From Shigella phage ESh32: DNA of 64,000 nucleotides. Location: sequence record ON528742; one strand, 5' to 3'. The position numbers were made by a program, and so were the translations under genes. Below the pieces are notes generated by a model, which had not been told where the DNA came from, searched no databases, and saw only the letters and a list, made by a program, of their open reading frames with translations. Shown piece by piece: positions 55,012 to 64,000 of this stretch (positions are counted from its first letter, which is position 1; every line of letters begins with the position of its first letter).

Positions 55012-55041
55012 GTTTACTTCCTCGGTTAGTTGTGGTATTAT
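55012..55041 (+). promoter_or_regulatory. T4-type early promoter
   Basis: aaaagttgtttacttcctcggttagttgtggtattat. Confidence 0.6.
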
Positions 55042-55068
55042 AACACCATAGCTACTGAGGATAATAAA

Positions 55069-55581
55069 ATGAAAATTTATCGTGTTGAATCATCGTTTAG
55101 CGCATTAAATGATGATAGTGGTATAATGAAAATTAGGCAAGAGTTATGCGTCCAATCGACTCCTTATCGTGGATTTGATTCTATGAAAACTCGAACTTGG
55201 TTAAAATTTTGTGGTATTAATTCATCATCATTTCATCATCATAGCGATAATTATGAAAGCCATGAAAGTATTCCTATTCCACACGATGATAAGTTATTAG
55301 TTGAAAATGCTAATGATGTTATTAAAACTAAATGGAATAAAGATTATTCACGAATTGAAAATTATATTCCATTGTGGTTTATTGCATTATATCATTTTGC
55401 TTTCGCTAGTGAATATGATATGATGAGATGGTTCACTCGAGAAGAGCGTGAAGACTTAAAAGAACGTGGAATGTACATTGCGATTTATGAAGTGCCAGAT
55501 GACCAAGTTATCATTGGCGGACATCAAGTAATGTTCCGCAAATCGCATGCCGAATTAAAAGGCTTTATTACCTTAGATTAA
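55069..55581 (+). CDS. hypothetical protein
   Basis: ORF 55030..55581; ATG at 55069 after GAGGA. Confidence 0.5.
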   Translation: MKIYRVESSFSALNDDSGIMKIRQELCVQSTPYRGFDSMKTRTWLKFCGINSSSFHHHSDNYESHESIPIPHDDKLLVENANDVIKTKWNKDYSRIENYIPLWFIALYHFAFASEYDMMRWFTREEREDLKERGMYIAIYEVPDDQVIIGGHQVMFRKSHAELKGFITLD

Positions 55582-55591
55582 AGAGAAAATT

Positions 55592-56095
55592 ATGATTAAA
55601 AATAATGCTGTTTATCAATTGAAAAAATTTGATGAAATTAAGAATTTTCCGGTACTGTCTAATACAGCTCATAATAAGTTTTGTGAACTTCTTGCTTTAA
55701 CTGGCGGATATCCTTTTACTGTTATTAGTGTTAATAGCGGAATTCTTATCGGCATGATGTATATTGAAATTAGAAACTATTATGGAATGGTGTCATCGCT
55801 TATTATTTATGAAAAAGATTTTAGTCTATTGACAGAAATTGAAAAAGAAGAACAGGAAAAATCCCATATTGATATGGATTTAGTTTCTATGTATGTGGCA
55901 CCAGTTGAAAAAATTGAAGACCCGACTGATTTGTTGTGTAAGGCAGTTTACATTCGTCGTCCATTCGCGAATCCGGTCGGCGGTTGGGTAACTGACCAGT
56001 GGATTGAAGATGGCGTTGAACTTCTTAATGTAGTTCATGCTGGAGAGTATTCTGTCGTTCCTCGCAGCGCAGTGATTAATGTTCGTGTAAGCTAG
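55592..56095 (+). CDS. hypothetical protein (paralog of 56169..56660)
   Basis: C-terminal ...GGWVTDQWIEDGVELLNVVHAGEYSVVPRS. Confidence 0.5.
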   Translation: MIKNNAVYQLKKFDEIKNFPVLSNTAHNKFCELLALTGGYPFTVISVNSGILIGMMYIEIRNYYGMVSSLIIYEKDFSLLTEIEKEEQEKSHIDMDLVSMYVAPVEKIEDPTDLLCKAVYIRRPFANPVGGWVTDQWIEDGVELLNVVHAGEYSVVPRSAVINVRVS

Positions 56096-56124
56096 TTTAC
56101 AAACTCTTGGGATCAGAGTATAAT
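56095..56124 (+). promoter_or_regulatory. T4-type early promoter
   Basis: gtttacaaactcttgggatcagagtataat. Confidence 0.6.
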
Positions 56125-56168
56125 GGTCCTGTGGAGTATAAAACCTTTTTAACAAGTGAGAGATAATT

Positions 56169-56660
56169 ATGAATATTAATATCGGCGAAATTGCTCGTGT
56201 ATCTGATAAATCCCGTTCTAAAGCAGCAGGAAAATTGGTCGAAGTTGTAAGCATTCAGCTTAAACACGGTGTTAAAGATGAAGATTCTGAAGTAAAAGTA
56301 CGTATCATTGCTAAAGATGGAATGTCTAAGCCCCAGTTTGGTTATGTTCGATGGAAATTTCTTGAGCCTGCGTTTTTGAAAGCTGTTCCTGCTAAAGGAA
56401 TTGAAACGATTGATACTTCGCATGTAGGTGTAGACTTTAAGTGGAAACTTGGTCAAGCTATCAAGTTCATTGCTCCTTATGAGTTTGAATTTACCGAAGG
56501 TGGACAACCACTTCCTCGGCGTACTCGCGCTATGTGTGCATACATTACTGATCAATGGGTAGAAGATGGCGTTAAGTTATACAACGCGGTATTTTTAGGA
56601 ACATACAAAGTCATTCCTGAAAGTTGGATTAAACACTATAGCAAAGCTCGCTATGCATAA
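56169..56660 (+). CDS. hypothetical protein (paralog of 55592..56095)
   Basis: C-terminal ...AYITDQWVEDGVKLYNAVFLGTYKVIPES. Confidence 0.5.
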   Translation: MNINIGEIARVSDKSRSKAAGKLVEVVSIQLKHGVKDEDSEVKVRIIAKDGMSKPQFGYVRWKFLEPAFLKAVPAKGIETIDTSHVGVDFKWKLGQAIKFIAPYEFEFTEGGQPLPRRTRAMCAYITDQWVEDGVKLYNAVFLGTYKVIPESWIKHYSKARYA

Positions 56661-56684
56661 AGTTTAAAATTTTTTCATAAAACT

Positions 56685-56714
56685 ATATACATCAGTAGTT
56701 GATTATGGTACTAT
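56685..56714 (+). promoter_or_regulatory. degenerate copy of the early promoter/leader cassette (copy D)
   Basis: ttttttcataaaactatatacatcag ... atggtactat, with -35 degenerated relative to copies A and C. Confidence 0.4.
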
Positions 56715-56832
56715 ATCAATATCAACTACTGATATAGAAAATAATTTGGAGAATAAAATGGAAAATTTGCCAAAGGTGCTGCTACTCTTCTGAAATGCAT
56801 CGCTCCAATGTTCAATTAACGAGGAAATTGTA

Positions 56833-57048
56833 ATGAAACGTAAAATTGTTCAGAACTGCACTAATGACGAATTTGAAGATGTGTTATTCGATCCAGATTT
56901 GGTAGTAGTTCAAAAGGAACACACTGCTAAGTTTACTCACTTGACTTCGGTTTATGTGTATGAAAAGGTTGGGGATAAACAACCAATTTACGGTGTATTT
57001 CGTGAAATCACTGAAGATGGTACAACTTACTGGAAGGAAATTTATTAA
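56833..57048 (+). CDS. hypothetical protein
   Basis: 71 aa; GAGGAAA RBS. Confidence 0.5.
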   Translation: MKRKIVQNCTNDEFEDVLFDPDLVVVQKEHTAKFTHLTSVYVYEKVGDKQPIYGVFREITEDGTTYWKEIY

Positions 57049-57473
57049 TGGCTATTAAATTTGAAGTTAATAAATGGTATCAATTTAAAAATAAACAAGC
57101 TCAAGAAGATTTTATCAAGGACCATACTGAAAACGGAATTTATGCACGACGTCTTGGTATGGAACCTTTTAGAGTTACAGATATTGACTATCTTGGTCGT
57201 CCTACTAAACTTGTGACATCTAGTGGAAAATTGGCGTTATCTTCTGGTAAAGATATTTTGGATGAAGATTTTATCTGGCTTTCAACGAGTGAAGCCGTGT
57301 TCTTTGATGAAGTGGAAAATCCATACCAGGCAGCTGAAGAGCAAGAGCAGGAAGAGAAAGAGCAAGAACAAATAGAAGATTTCACAGAATTCCCGGTCAT
57401 GAAAGTTACTATTGAAAATAATGAACAGGCATGGTCTTTGTATCAGATGTTGAAAGCACACTTTAAGGAATAA
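57048..57473 (+). CDS. hypothetical protein with acidic C-terminal segment
   Basis: 141 aa, [12 protein letters not shown] tract. Confidence 0.5.
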   Translation: MAIKFEVNKWYQFKNKQAQEDFIKDHTENGIYARRLGMEPFRVTDIDYLGRPTKLVTSSGKLALSSGKDILDEDFIWLSTSEAVFFDEVENPYQAAEEQEQEEKEQEQIEDFTEFPVMKVTIENNEQAWSLYQMLKAHFKE

Positions 57474-57475
57474 TT

Positions 57476-57652
57476 ATGCCAATGTATGATTATAAATGCC
57501 AATCCGAAGATTGCGGGCATGAATATGAAAAAATTAAAAAGATTTCTGAACGAGAAAATGATGTTTGCCCTAAATGTCATCGTTTGTCTACTCGTCGGCC
57601 TTCTGCTCCTAAGCATGTGAATGGCGGTTTTTACGATTTACTTAAAGGGTGA
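57476..57652 (+). CDS. small zinc-ribbon protein (FmdB-like)
   Basis: 58 codons read from sequence: YKCQSEDCGH...CPKCH (CxxC-x~20-CxxC). Confidence 0.45.
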   Translation: MPMYDYKCQSEDCGHEYEKIKKISERENDVCPKCHRLSTRRPSAPKHVNGGFYDLLKG

Positions 57653-57654
57653 TT

Positions 57655-58029
57655 ATGTTTAAAATCGGTAAGAAATATCGTGTTCGCGAAGGTGAAGAAA
57701 AGAAATATCTACTTTCTACTAGTAATAGGAGTGGTTCTATTAATGCCGTAATATCTACAAGCGAATTTATCGTTGAAGATATGAAAGGTCATAATGTTAC
57801 AATGATTAGTACAGCAACTAGCAGAAATGCTGGAAAAATTCTTCACAGTTTTCAGAGTAATGTTCTAATTTATGATGAAGAATTTGACTTCTTCGAAGAA
57901 GTTCCTGAAGATTTTGATTTTGAATGCACTATTACTATGAAATCTGGTGACCCTCTTTCTTTTACAGTTAAAGATGAAAGAAGCCGTTTGAGAATTATTA
58001 GTCTCCTTCAAGCCATTAAATTTAAGTGA
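57655..58029 (+). CDS. hypothetical protein
   Basis: ORF 57649..58029 (GTG); ATG at 57655. Confidence 0.5.
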   Translation: MFKIGKKYRVREGEEKKYLLSTSNRSGSINAVISTSEFIVEDMKGHNVTMISTATSRNAGKILHSFQSNVLIYDEEFDFFEEVPEDFDFECTITMKSGDPLSFTVKDERSRLRIISLLQAIKFK

Positions 58030-58034
58030 AAATT

Positions 58035-58295
58035 ATGAAATATGTTAATCGTTCTATCGCAGCATTAGTATTAGCAGTATCTTTAGTAGGATGTACTGAT
58101 GCTGATAATGCAACCAAAGTTTTATCTTCAAGTGGTTTTACTAATATTGAAATCACTGGATATAATTGGTTTGGTTGTTCTGAAAATGATTTCCAACATA
58201 CTGGATTTCGTGCTATTGGACCTACTGGGCAGAAAGTAGAAGGAACCGTGTGTTCTGGTCTATTCTTCAAGGATTCGACTATCCGTTTTAAATAA
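58035..58295 (+). CDS. lipoprotein
   Basis: ORF 58026..58295 (GTG); ATG at 58035; lipobox LVGC. Confidence 0.5.
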   Translation: MKYVNRSIAALVLAVSLVGCTDADNATKVLSSSGFTNIEITGYNWFGCSENDFQHTGFRAIGPTGQKVEGTVCSGLFFKDSTIRFK

Positions 58296-58296
58296 A

Positions 58297-58313
58297 AGGC
58301 CTTCGGGCCTTTA
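58297..58313 (+). terminator. UUCG-loop hairpin
   Basis: aggccttcgggcct followed by ttagcttta. Confidence 0.55.
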
Positions 58314-58364
58314 GCTTTATGATTGCCGGAGTATAATATTCCCGAAACCAAACGAGGATAAGTG

Positions 58365-60182
58365 ATGATTAAGAATGAAATTAAAATTCTGAGCGATATT
58401 GAACATATCAAAAAGCGTAGTGGCATGTATATTGGCTCTTCTGCTAATGAAATGCATGAGCGCTTTCTGTTTGGTAAATGGGAAAGTGTTCAGTATGTAC
58501 CTGGTCTTGTTAAGCTTATTGATGAAATTATCGATAACTCAGTAGATGAAGGTATTCGTACTAAGTTTAAATTCGCAAATAAAATTAATGTTACTATTAA
58601 AAACAATCAAGTAACAGTTGAAGATAACGGTCGCGGTATTCCACAGGCGATGGTTAAAACACCTACCGGTGAAGAAATTCCTGGTCCTGTTGCTGCATGG
58701 ACTATTCCAAAAGCAGGTGGTAACTTTGGTGATGATAAAGAACGTGTCACCGGTGGTATGAATGGTGTTGGTTCTAGTTTAACTAACATTTTTTCTGTGA
58801 TGTTTGTCGGTGAAACTGGCGATGGTCAAAATAATATTGTAGTTCGTTGTTCAAATGGCATGGAAAATAAATCCTGGGAAACTATTCCAGGAAAATGGAA
58901 AGGAACCCGTGTTACTTTCATTCCTGATTTTATGTCATTTGAAACTAATGAGCTGTCCCAAGTTTATCTTGACATTACACTAGATCGTCTCCAGACACTT
59001 GCTGTTGTTTATCCTGATATTCAATTTACTTTTAATGGTAAAAAGGTTCAGGGCAATTTTAAGAAATATGCACGACAGTATGATGAACATGCTATTGTTC
59101 AAGAACAAGAAAATTGTTCTATTGCGGTTGGTCGTTCACCGGATGGTTTTCGTCAATTAACTTACGTGAATAACATTCATACTAAGAATGGTGGCCATCA
59201 CATTGACTGTGTTATGGATGATATTTGCGAAGACCTTATTCCACAAATCAAACGTAAATTCAAAATTGATGTAACTAAAGCACGCGTTAAAGAATGTTTG
59301 ACTATCGTTATGTTTGTTCGTGATATGAAAAACATGCGATTTGATTCTCAAACTAAAGAGCGTTTGACTTCTCCATTTGGCGAAATTCGTAGTCATATTC
59401 AGCTTGATGCTAAAAAGATTTCACGCGCTATTCTAAATAATGAAGCAATTTTAATGCCGATTATTGAAGCTGCTTTAGCACGTAAATTGGCGGCAGAAAA
59501 AGCAGCAGAAACTAAAGCAGCTAAAAAGGCTTCTAAAGCTAAGGTTCATAAACATATCAAAGCGAATCTTTGTGGTAAAGATGCTGACACTACTCTTTTC
59601 TTGACTGAGGGTGATTCTGCTATCGGATATCTTATTGATGTTCGTGATAAAGAACTTCATGGTGGTTATCCATTGCGCGGTAAAGTTCTTAATAGTTGGG
59701 GTATGTCATATGCTGATATGCTTAAAAACAAAGAACTATTTGATATTTGCGCAATCACTGGATTAGTTCTTGGTGAAAAAGCTGAAAACTTGAATTATCA
59801 TAATATTGCTATTATGACCGATGCTGACCATGATGGTTTAGGAAGCATTTATCCTTCTCTGCTCGGATTTTTTAGTAATTGGCCAGAACTGTTTGAACAA
59901 GGAAGAATTCGCTTTGTCAAAACTCCTGTAATCATCGCTCAGGTCGGTAAAAAACAAGAATGGTTTTATACAGTCGCTGAATATGAGAGTGCCAAAGATG
60001 CTCTACCTAAACATAGCATCCGTTATATTAAGGGACTTGGCTCTTTGGAAAAATCTGAATATCGTGAGATGATTCAAAACCCAGTATATGATGTTGTTAA
60101 ACTTCCTGAGAACTGGAAAGAGCTTTTTGAAATGCTCATGGGAGATAATGCTGACCTTCGTAAAGAATGGATGAGCCAGTAG
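58365..60182 (+). CDS. 39: DNA topoisomerase II ATPase subunit gp39, unsplit (T4 gp39 + gp60 equivalent in one ORF)
   Basis: 605 aa from ATG at 58365 (track ORF starts GTG 58362); GHKL ATPase N-terminus; C-terminus continuous through MTDADHDGLGSI...RKEWMSQ. Confidence 0.9.
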   Translation: MIKNEIKILSDIEHIKKRSGMYIGSSANEMHERFLFGKWESVQYVPGLVKLIDEIIDNSVDEGIRTKFKFANKINVTIKNNQVTVEDNGRGIPQAMVKTPTGEEIPGPVAAWTIPKAGGNFGDDKERVTGGMNGVGSSLTNIFSVMFVGETGDGQNNIVVRCSNGMENKSWETIPGKWKGTRVTFIPDFMSFETNELSQVYLDITLDRLQTLAVVYPDIQFTFNGKKVQGNFKKYARQYDEHAIVQEQENCSIAVGRSPDGFRQLTYVNNIHTKNGGHHIDCVMDDICEDLIPQIKRKFKIDVTKARVKECLTIVMFVRDMKNMRFDSQTKERLTSPFGEIRSHIQLDAKKISRAILNNEAILMPIIEAALARKLAAEKAAETKAAKKASKAKVHKHIKANLCGKDADTTLFLTEGDSAIGYLIDVRDKELHGGYPLRGKVLNSWGMSYADMLKNKELFDICAITGLVLGEKAENLNYHNIAIMTDADHDGLGSIYPSLLGFFSNWPELFEQGRIRFVKTPVIIAQVGKKQEWFYTVAEYESAKDALPKHSIRYIKGLGSLEKSEYREMIQNPVYDVVKLPENWKELFEMLMGDNADLRKEWMSQ

Positions 60183-60211
60183 TTTACTTTACCACAAGGA
60201 TGTGGTATAAT
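60182..60211 (+). promoter_or_regulatory. T4-type early promoter
   Basis: agtttactttaccacaaggatgtggtataat. Confidence 0.6.
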
Positions 60212-60236
60212 TAATTGGGCAAATGAGGATATTGGA

Positions 60237-60440
60237 ATGAAATCATATAGAGTAAATTTAGAACTTTTTGATAAAGCAGTTCATCGAGAATATAGAATCA
60301 TTCAACGCTTTTTCGATATGGGAGAAGCCGAAGAATTTAAAAACCGCTTTAAAGATATTAGAGATAAAATTCAATCCGACACCGCAACTAAAGATGAACT
60401 ACTAGAAGTTGCTGAAGTTATTAAGCGTAATATGAATTAA
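60237..60440 (+). CDS. hypothetical protein
   Basis: 67-aa ORF upstream of rIIA. Confidence 0.5.
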   Translation: MKSYRVNLELFDKAVHREYRIIQRFFDMGEAEEFKNRFKDIRDKIQSDTATKDELLEVAEVIKRNMN

Positions 60441-60450
60441 TGAGGAAATT

Positions 60451-62628
60451 ATGATTATCACCACTGAAAAAGAAACAATTCTTGGTAATGGTTCTAAATC
60501 AAAAGCATTTAGCATCACAGCATCTCCTAAAGTATTTAAAATTCTGTCATCTGATTTGTATACAAACAAGATTCGTGCAGTAGTCCGTGAATTGATTACC
60601 AACATGATTGATGCCCATGCACTCAATGGAAATCCTGAAAAATTTATCATTCAAGTTCCTGGACGTTTAGATCCACGATTTGTTTGCCGAGATTTTGGTC
60701 CGGGTATGAGTGATTTTGATATTCAGGGTGATGATAATTCTCCTGGTCTGTATAATTCATACTTCAGTTCATCTAAGGCTGAATCTAACGATTTCATTGG
60801 CGGATTTGGTTTAGGTTCTAAATCTCCGTTTAGTTATACTGATACATTTAGTATTACTTCGTGTCATAAAGGTGAAATTCGTGGTTATGTAGCTTACATG
60901 GATGGCGATGGTCCACAAATTAAACCTACATTCGTGAAAGAAATGGGTCCAGATGATAAAACTGGTATTGAAATCGTAGTTCCAGTTGAAGAAAAAGACT
61001 TTAGAAACTTTGCTTATGAAGTTTCTTATATCATGCGACCGTTCAAAGATATGGCTATTATTAATGGTCTTGACCGTGAAATTGATTATTTTCCGGATTT
61101 TGATGATTATTACGGTGTAAATCCAGAAAGATACTGGCCTGATCGTGGTGGATTATATGCTATCTATGGCGGTATTGTTTATCCTATCGATGGTGTTATT
61201 AGAGACCGTAACTGGCTAAGCATTCGCAATGAAGTGAATTACATTAAGTTTCCAATGGGTTCACTTGATATTGCTCCATCACGTGAAGCTCTTTCATTGG
61301 ATGATCGTACTCGTAAAAATATTATTGAACGAGTTAAAGAGCTTAGTGAGAAAGCATTTAATGAAGATGTAAAACGATTTAAAGAATCTACATCTCCCCG
61401 TCACACATATCGTGAATTGATGAAGATGGGGTATTCTGCTCGAGATTATATGATTAGTAATTCAGTCAAATTCACGACTAAAAATCTGTCATATAAAAAG
61501 ATGCAGAGCATGTTTGAACCTGACAGTAAGTTATGTAATGCAGGCGTGGTGTATGAAGTAAATCTTGACCCTCGACTGAAACGCATTAAGCAAAGCCATG
61601 AAACTTCAGCCGTTGCATCAAGTTATCGTCTGTTTGGTATTAATACAACAAAAATTAATATCGTTATTGATAATATTAAAAATCGTGTTAATATTGTCCG
61701 TGGATTAGCACATGCGTTAGATGATAGTGAATTTAATAACACTTTAAATATTCATCACAATGAGCGTCTTCTGTTTATTAATCCGGAAGTAGAATCGCAG
61801 ATTGATTTACTACCTGATATTATGGCAATGTTTGAAAGTGATGAAGTTAACATTCATTATTTGTCAGAAATTGAAGCTTTAGTTAAAAGCTATATTCCAA
61901 AGGTAGTTAAAAGTAAAGCTCCTCGTCCTAAAGCTGCTACAGCATTTAAATTTGAAATTAAAGATGGACGATGGGAAAAAGAGGAACTATTTACGCTCAC
62001 ATCAGAAGCAGATGAAATTACTGGTTATGTAGCGTATATGCATCGTTCTGATATTTTCTCTATGGATGGTACTACATCGCTTTGTCATCCATCTATGAAT
62101 ATTTTGATTCGTATGGCTAATCTTATTGGCATTAATGAATTTTATGTTATTCGTCCGCTTTTACAGAAAAAGGTAAAAGAACTCGGTCAGTGCCAATGTA
62201 TTTTTGAAGCTTTGCGTGATTTATATGTAGATGCTTTTGATGATGTAGATTATGATAAGTATGTAGGTTATTCAAGTTCAGCTCAACGATATATTGATAA
62301 AATTATCAAGTATCCTGAGCTAGATTTTATGATGAAGTACTTCAGTACAGATGAAGTTTCTGAAGAATATACACGACTCGCTAATATAGTTAGTTCATTG
62401 CGCGGTGTATATTTTAATGGTGGAAAAGATACCATCGGTCATGATATCTGGACAGTAACTAATCTTTTTGATGTATTATCAAATAATGCTTCAAAAAACA
62501 GTGATAAAATGGTTGCTGAGTTTACCAAGAAATTCCGTATTGTTTCCGACTTCATCGGATATCGCAACTCTTTAAGTGATGATGAAGTTTCCCAAATCGC
62601 TAAAACTATGAAGGCCCTTGCGGCCTAA
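60451..62628 (+). CDS. rIIA: rIIA protein
   Basis: 725 aa; N-terminal GHKL-like ATPase motifs ([19 protein letters not shown]). Confidence 0.9.
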   Translation: MIITTEKETILGNGSKSKAFSITASPKVFKILSSDLYTNKIRAVVRELITNMIDAHALNGNPEKFIIQVPGRLDPRFVCRDFGPGMSDFDIQGDDNSPGLYNSYFSSSKAESNDFIGGFGLGSKSPFSYTDTFSITSCHKGEIRGYVAYMDGDGPQIKPTFVKEMGPDDKTGIEIVVPVEEKDFRNFAYEVSYIMRPFKDMAIINGLDREIDYFPDFDDYYGVNPERYWPDRGGLYAIYGGIVYPIDGVIRDRNWLSIRNEVNYIKFPMGSLDIAPSREALSLDDRTRKNIIERVKELSEKAFNEDVKRFKESTSPRHTYRELMKMGYSARDYMISNSVKFTTKNLSYKKMQSMFEPDSKLCNAGVVYEVNLDPRLKRIKQSHETSAVASSYRLFGINTTKINIVIDNIKNRVNIVRGLAHALDDSEFNNTLNIHHNERLLFINPEVESQIDLLPDIMAMFESDEVNIHYLSEIEALVKSYIPKVVKSKAPRPKAATAFKFEIKDGRWEKEELFTLTSEADEITGYVAYMHRSDIFSMDGTTSLCHPSMNILIRMANLIGINEFYVIRPLLQKKVKELGQCQCIFEALRDLYVDAFDDVDYDKYVGYSSSAQRYIDKIIKYPELDFMMKYFSTDEVSEEYTRLANIVSSLRGVYFNGGKDTIGHDIWTVTNLFDVLSNNASKNSDKMVAEFTKKFRIVSDFIGYRNSLSDDEVSQIAKTMKALAA

Positions 62629-62639
62629 TAAGGAAAATT

Positions 62640-63578
62640 ATGTACAATATTAAATGCCTGACCAAAAACGAACAAGCTGAAATTGTTAAACTGTATTCAA
62701 GCGGTAATTATACTCAGCAGGAATTGGCTGATTGGCAAGGTGTATCGGTTGATACAATCCGTCGTGTTTTGAAAAATGCTGAAGAAGCTAAACGCTCTAA
62801 AGTTACTATTAGCGGTGATATTACAGTTAAAGTTAATAGCGATGCAGTTATTGCTCCAGTTACTAAATCTGACATTATTTGGAATGCATCTAAAAAATTC
62901 ATTTCGATTACTGTCGATGGTGTAACTTATAATGCAACACCTAATACTCATTCAAACTTCCAGGAAATTCTCAATCTGCTTGTAGCGGATAAGCTGGAAG
63001 AAGCGGCACAAAAAATTAATGTTCGTCGCGCTGTTGAAAAATATATTTCCGGCGATGTTCGAATTGAAGGTGGAAGCTTATTCTATCAAAATATTGAATT
63101 GCGGTCTGGTTTGGTTGATCGTATTCTTGATTCGATGGAAAAAGGCGAAAACTTTGAATTTTATTTTCCGTTCTTGGAAAATCTGCTGGAAAACCCAAGC
63201 CAGAAAGCGGTATCTCGACTTTTTGATTTCTTGGTAGCAAACGATATTGAAATTACAGAAGATGGTTACTTCTATGCTTGGAAAGTAGTTCGCAATAATT
63301 ACTTTGACTGTCACTCAAATACCTTTGATAACAGTCCTGGTAAAGTAGTTAAAATGCCGCGTACTCGTGTGAATGACGATGATACACAAACTTGTTCTCG
63401 TGGTCTGCATGTGTGTTCTAAATCTTATATTCGTCACTTCGGTGGTTCAACCAGCCGAGTTGTAAAAGTTAAAGTTCATCCTCGTGATGTAGTATCAATT
63501 CCGATTGATTACAACGACGCTAAAATGCGTACCTGCCAATACGAAGTAATTGAAGACGTTACTGAACAATTTAAATAA
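62640..63578 (+). CDS. rIIB: rIIB protein
   Basis: 312 aa immediately downstream of rIIA; matches remembered T4 rIIB. Confidence 0.9.
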   Translation: MYNIKCLTKNEQAEIVKLYSSGNYTQQELADWQGVSVDTIRRVLKNAEEAKRSKVTISGDITVKVNSDAVIAPVTKSDIIWNASKKFISITVDGVTYNATPNTHSNFQEILNLLVADKLEEAAQKINVRRAVEKYISGDVRIEGGSLFYQNIELRSGLVDRILDSMEKGENFEFYFPFLENLLENPSQKAVSRLFDFLVANDIEITEDGYFYAWKVVRNNYFDCHSNTFDNSPGKVVKMPRTRVNDDDTQTCSRGLHVCSKSYIRHFGGSTSRVVKVKVHPRDVVSIPIDYNDAKMRTCQYEVIEDVTEQFK

Positions 63579-63592
63579 GGGCTTCGGCCCTT
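63577..63592 (+). terminator. UUCG-loop hairpin (no clear T-tract)
   Basis: aagggcttcggccctt overlapping rIIB stop. Confidence 0.4.
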
Positions 63593-63606
63593 AACTAAGG
63601 AAAATT

Positions 63607-63801
63607 ATGTTAGGTTATCAAGCACGAGTAAAAGAAGAATACGATCAATTAATGCTCAAAATTAATGCACTGAGCAAATTTTTAGAAAGCGCAAAGTTTC
63701 TAACGGTTAGTGCAGTTGAGCAAGAACTGCTGCTTTCACAGTTCATCTCAATGAAATCTTATGCTGAGTGTCTAGAGAAAAGAATCGCACAATTCAAATA
63801 A
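63607..63801 (+). CDS. hypothetical protein
   Basis: 64-aa ORF. Confidence 0.5.
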   Translation: MLGYQARVKEEYDQLMLKINALSKFLESAKFLTVSAVEQELLLSQFISMKSYAECLEKRIAQFK

Positions 63802-63804
63802 AAT

Positions 63805-63827
63805 AAGGGCTTCGGCCCTTTTGTTTT
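63805..63827 (+). terminator. intrinsic terminator
   Basis: aagggcttcggccctt + ttgtttt. Confidence 0.7.
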
Positions 63828-63864
63828 AAGAGAAATTATGATTCCGACATAAAGGAAAGTCTAA

Positions 63865-64000
63865 ATGCAGAAAACGAATCCAGGTTTACAGAGACTATTT
63901 CAGATTCCGTCATTTACCCTATCGAACGGTGACTTGACCAATGAAATGAAGGTCAAAATTGCTGATACTGCAAGATACTCTTTAAAACAAAACCCGAACC
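63865..64000 (+). CDS. hypothetical protein, 3'-truncated by window edge
   Basis: ATG at 63865 after AAGGAAA; frame open to window end. Confidence 0.45.
   Translation, partial: MQKTNPGLQRLFQIPSFTLSNGDLTNEMKVKIADTARYSLKQNPN

Noticed and set aside
56097-56555. 152-aa minus-strand ORF
   Set aside because: Antisense to 56169..56660 and to an early promoter; no supporting signals.
58022-58426. 134-aa minus-strand ORF spanning the lipoprotein gene and the gene 39 start
   Set aside because: Overlaps a + strand terminator and promoter and two coding regions; no RBS.
59820-59850. Search for a gene 60-type translational bypass or split within topoisomerase gene 39
   Set aside because: The reading frame is continuous across the region corresponding to the T4 gp39/gp60 junction; no internal stop, take-off/landing codon pair or hairpin.
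1-64000. tRNA genes, CRISPR arrays, integrase/attachment sites, group I introns
   Set aside because: No cloverleaf-like conserved tRNA motifs in intergenic gaps, no regularly spaced direct repeats, no tyrosine/serine recombinase-like ORF; nrdD is intronless and td/nrdB are outside the window.

Overview
The window reads as the early/middle-gene arm of a T4-type (T-even, Tevenvirinae) coliphage, presented as the reverse complement of the conventional T4 map so that essentially every gene lies on the + strand. Gene calls rest on my recollection of T4 protein sequences and canonical gene order, not on any search. Recognisable order: (unknown ORFs) - GrcA-like - regB - secreted SLT transglycosylase - macro-domain protein - tk - rI - a ~12 kb hyperplastic block of unknown ORFs - nrdC - 49 - nrdD - nrdG - NrdH-like - 55 - alpha-gt - 47 - 46 - rpbA - 45 - 44 - 62 - regA - 43 - imm - 42 - GT-A glycosyltransferase - uvsX - 40 - 41 - dmd - sp - 61 - 56 - soc - modB - modA - srd - dda - dexA - 39 - rIIA - rIIB. 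Several traits look T2/T6-like and not T4-like: gene 39 is one unsplit 605-codon ORF (no gene 60 split or bypass), nrdD has no intron, there is no segF between 56 and soc, and a DxD (GT-A) glycosyltransferase sits where T4 has beta-gt. The most interesting material is in the accessory regions: a host-like GrcA chimera, repeated promoter/leader and terminator-promoter cassettes that flank unrelated genes, a nucleotidyltransferase + AAA+ ATPase pair, a tandem set of five proteins with unrelated N-termini and similar C-terminal coiled coils, several tandem paralog arrays, and one antisense membrane ORF with a strong ribosome-binding site. No tRNA, CRISPR array or integrase was seen. Promoter and terminator calls are motif-based and approximate.
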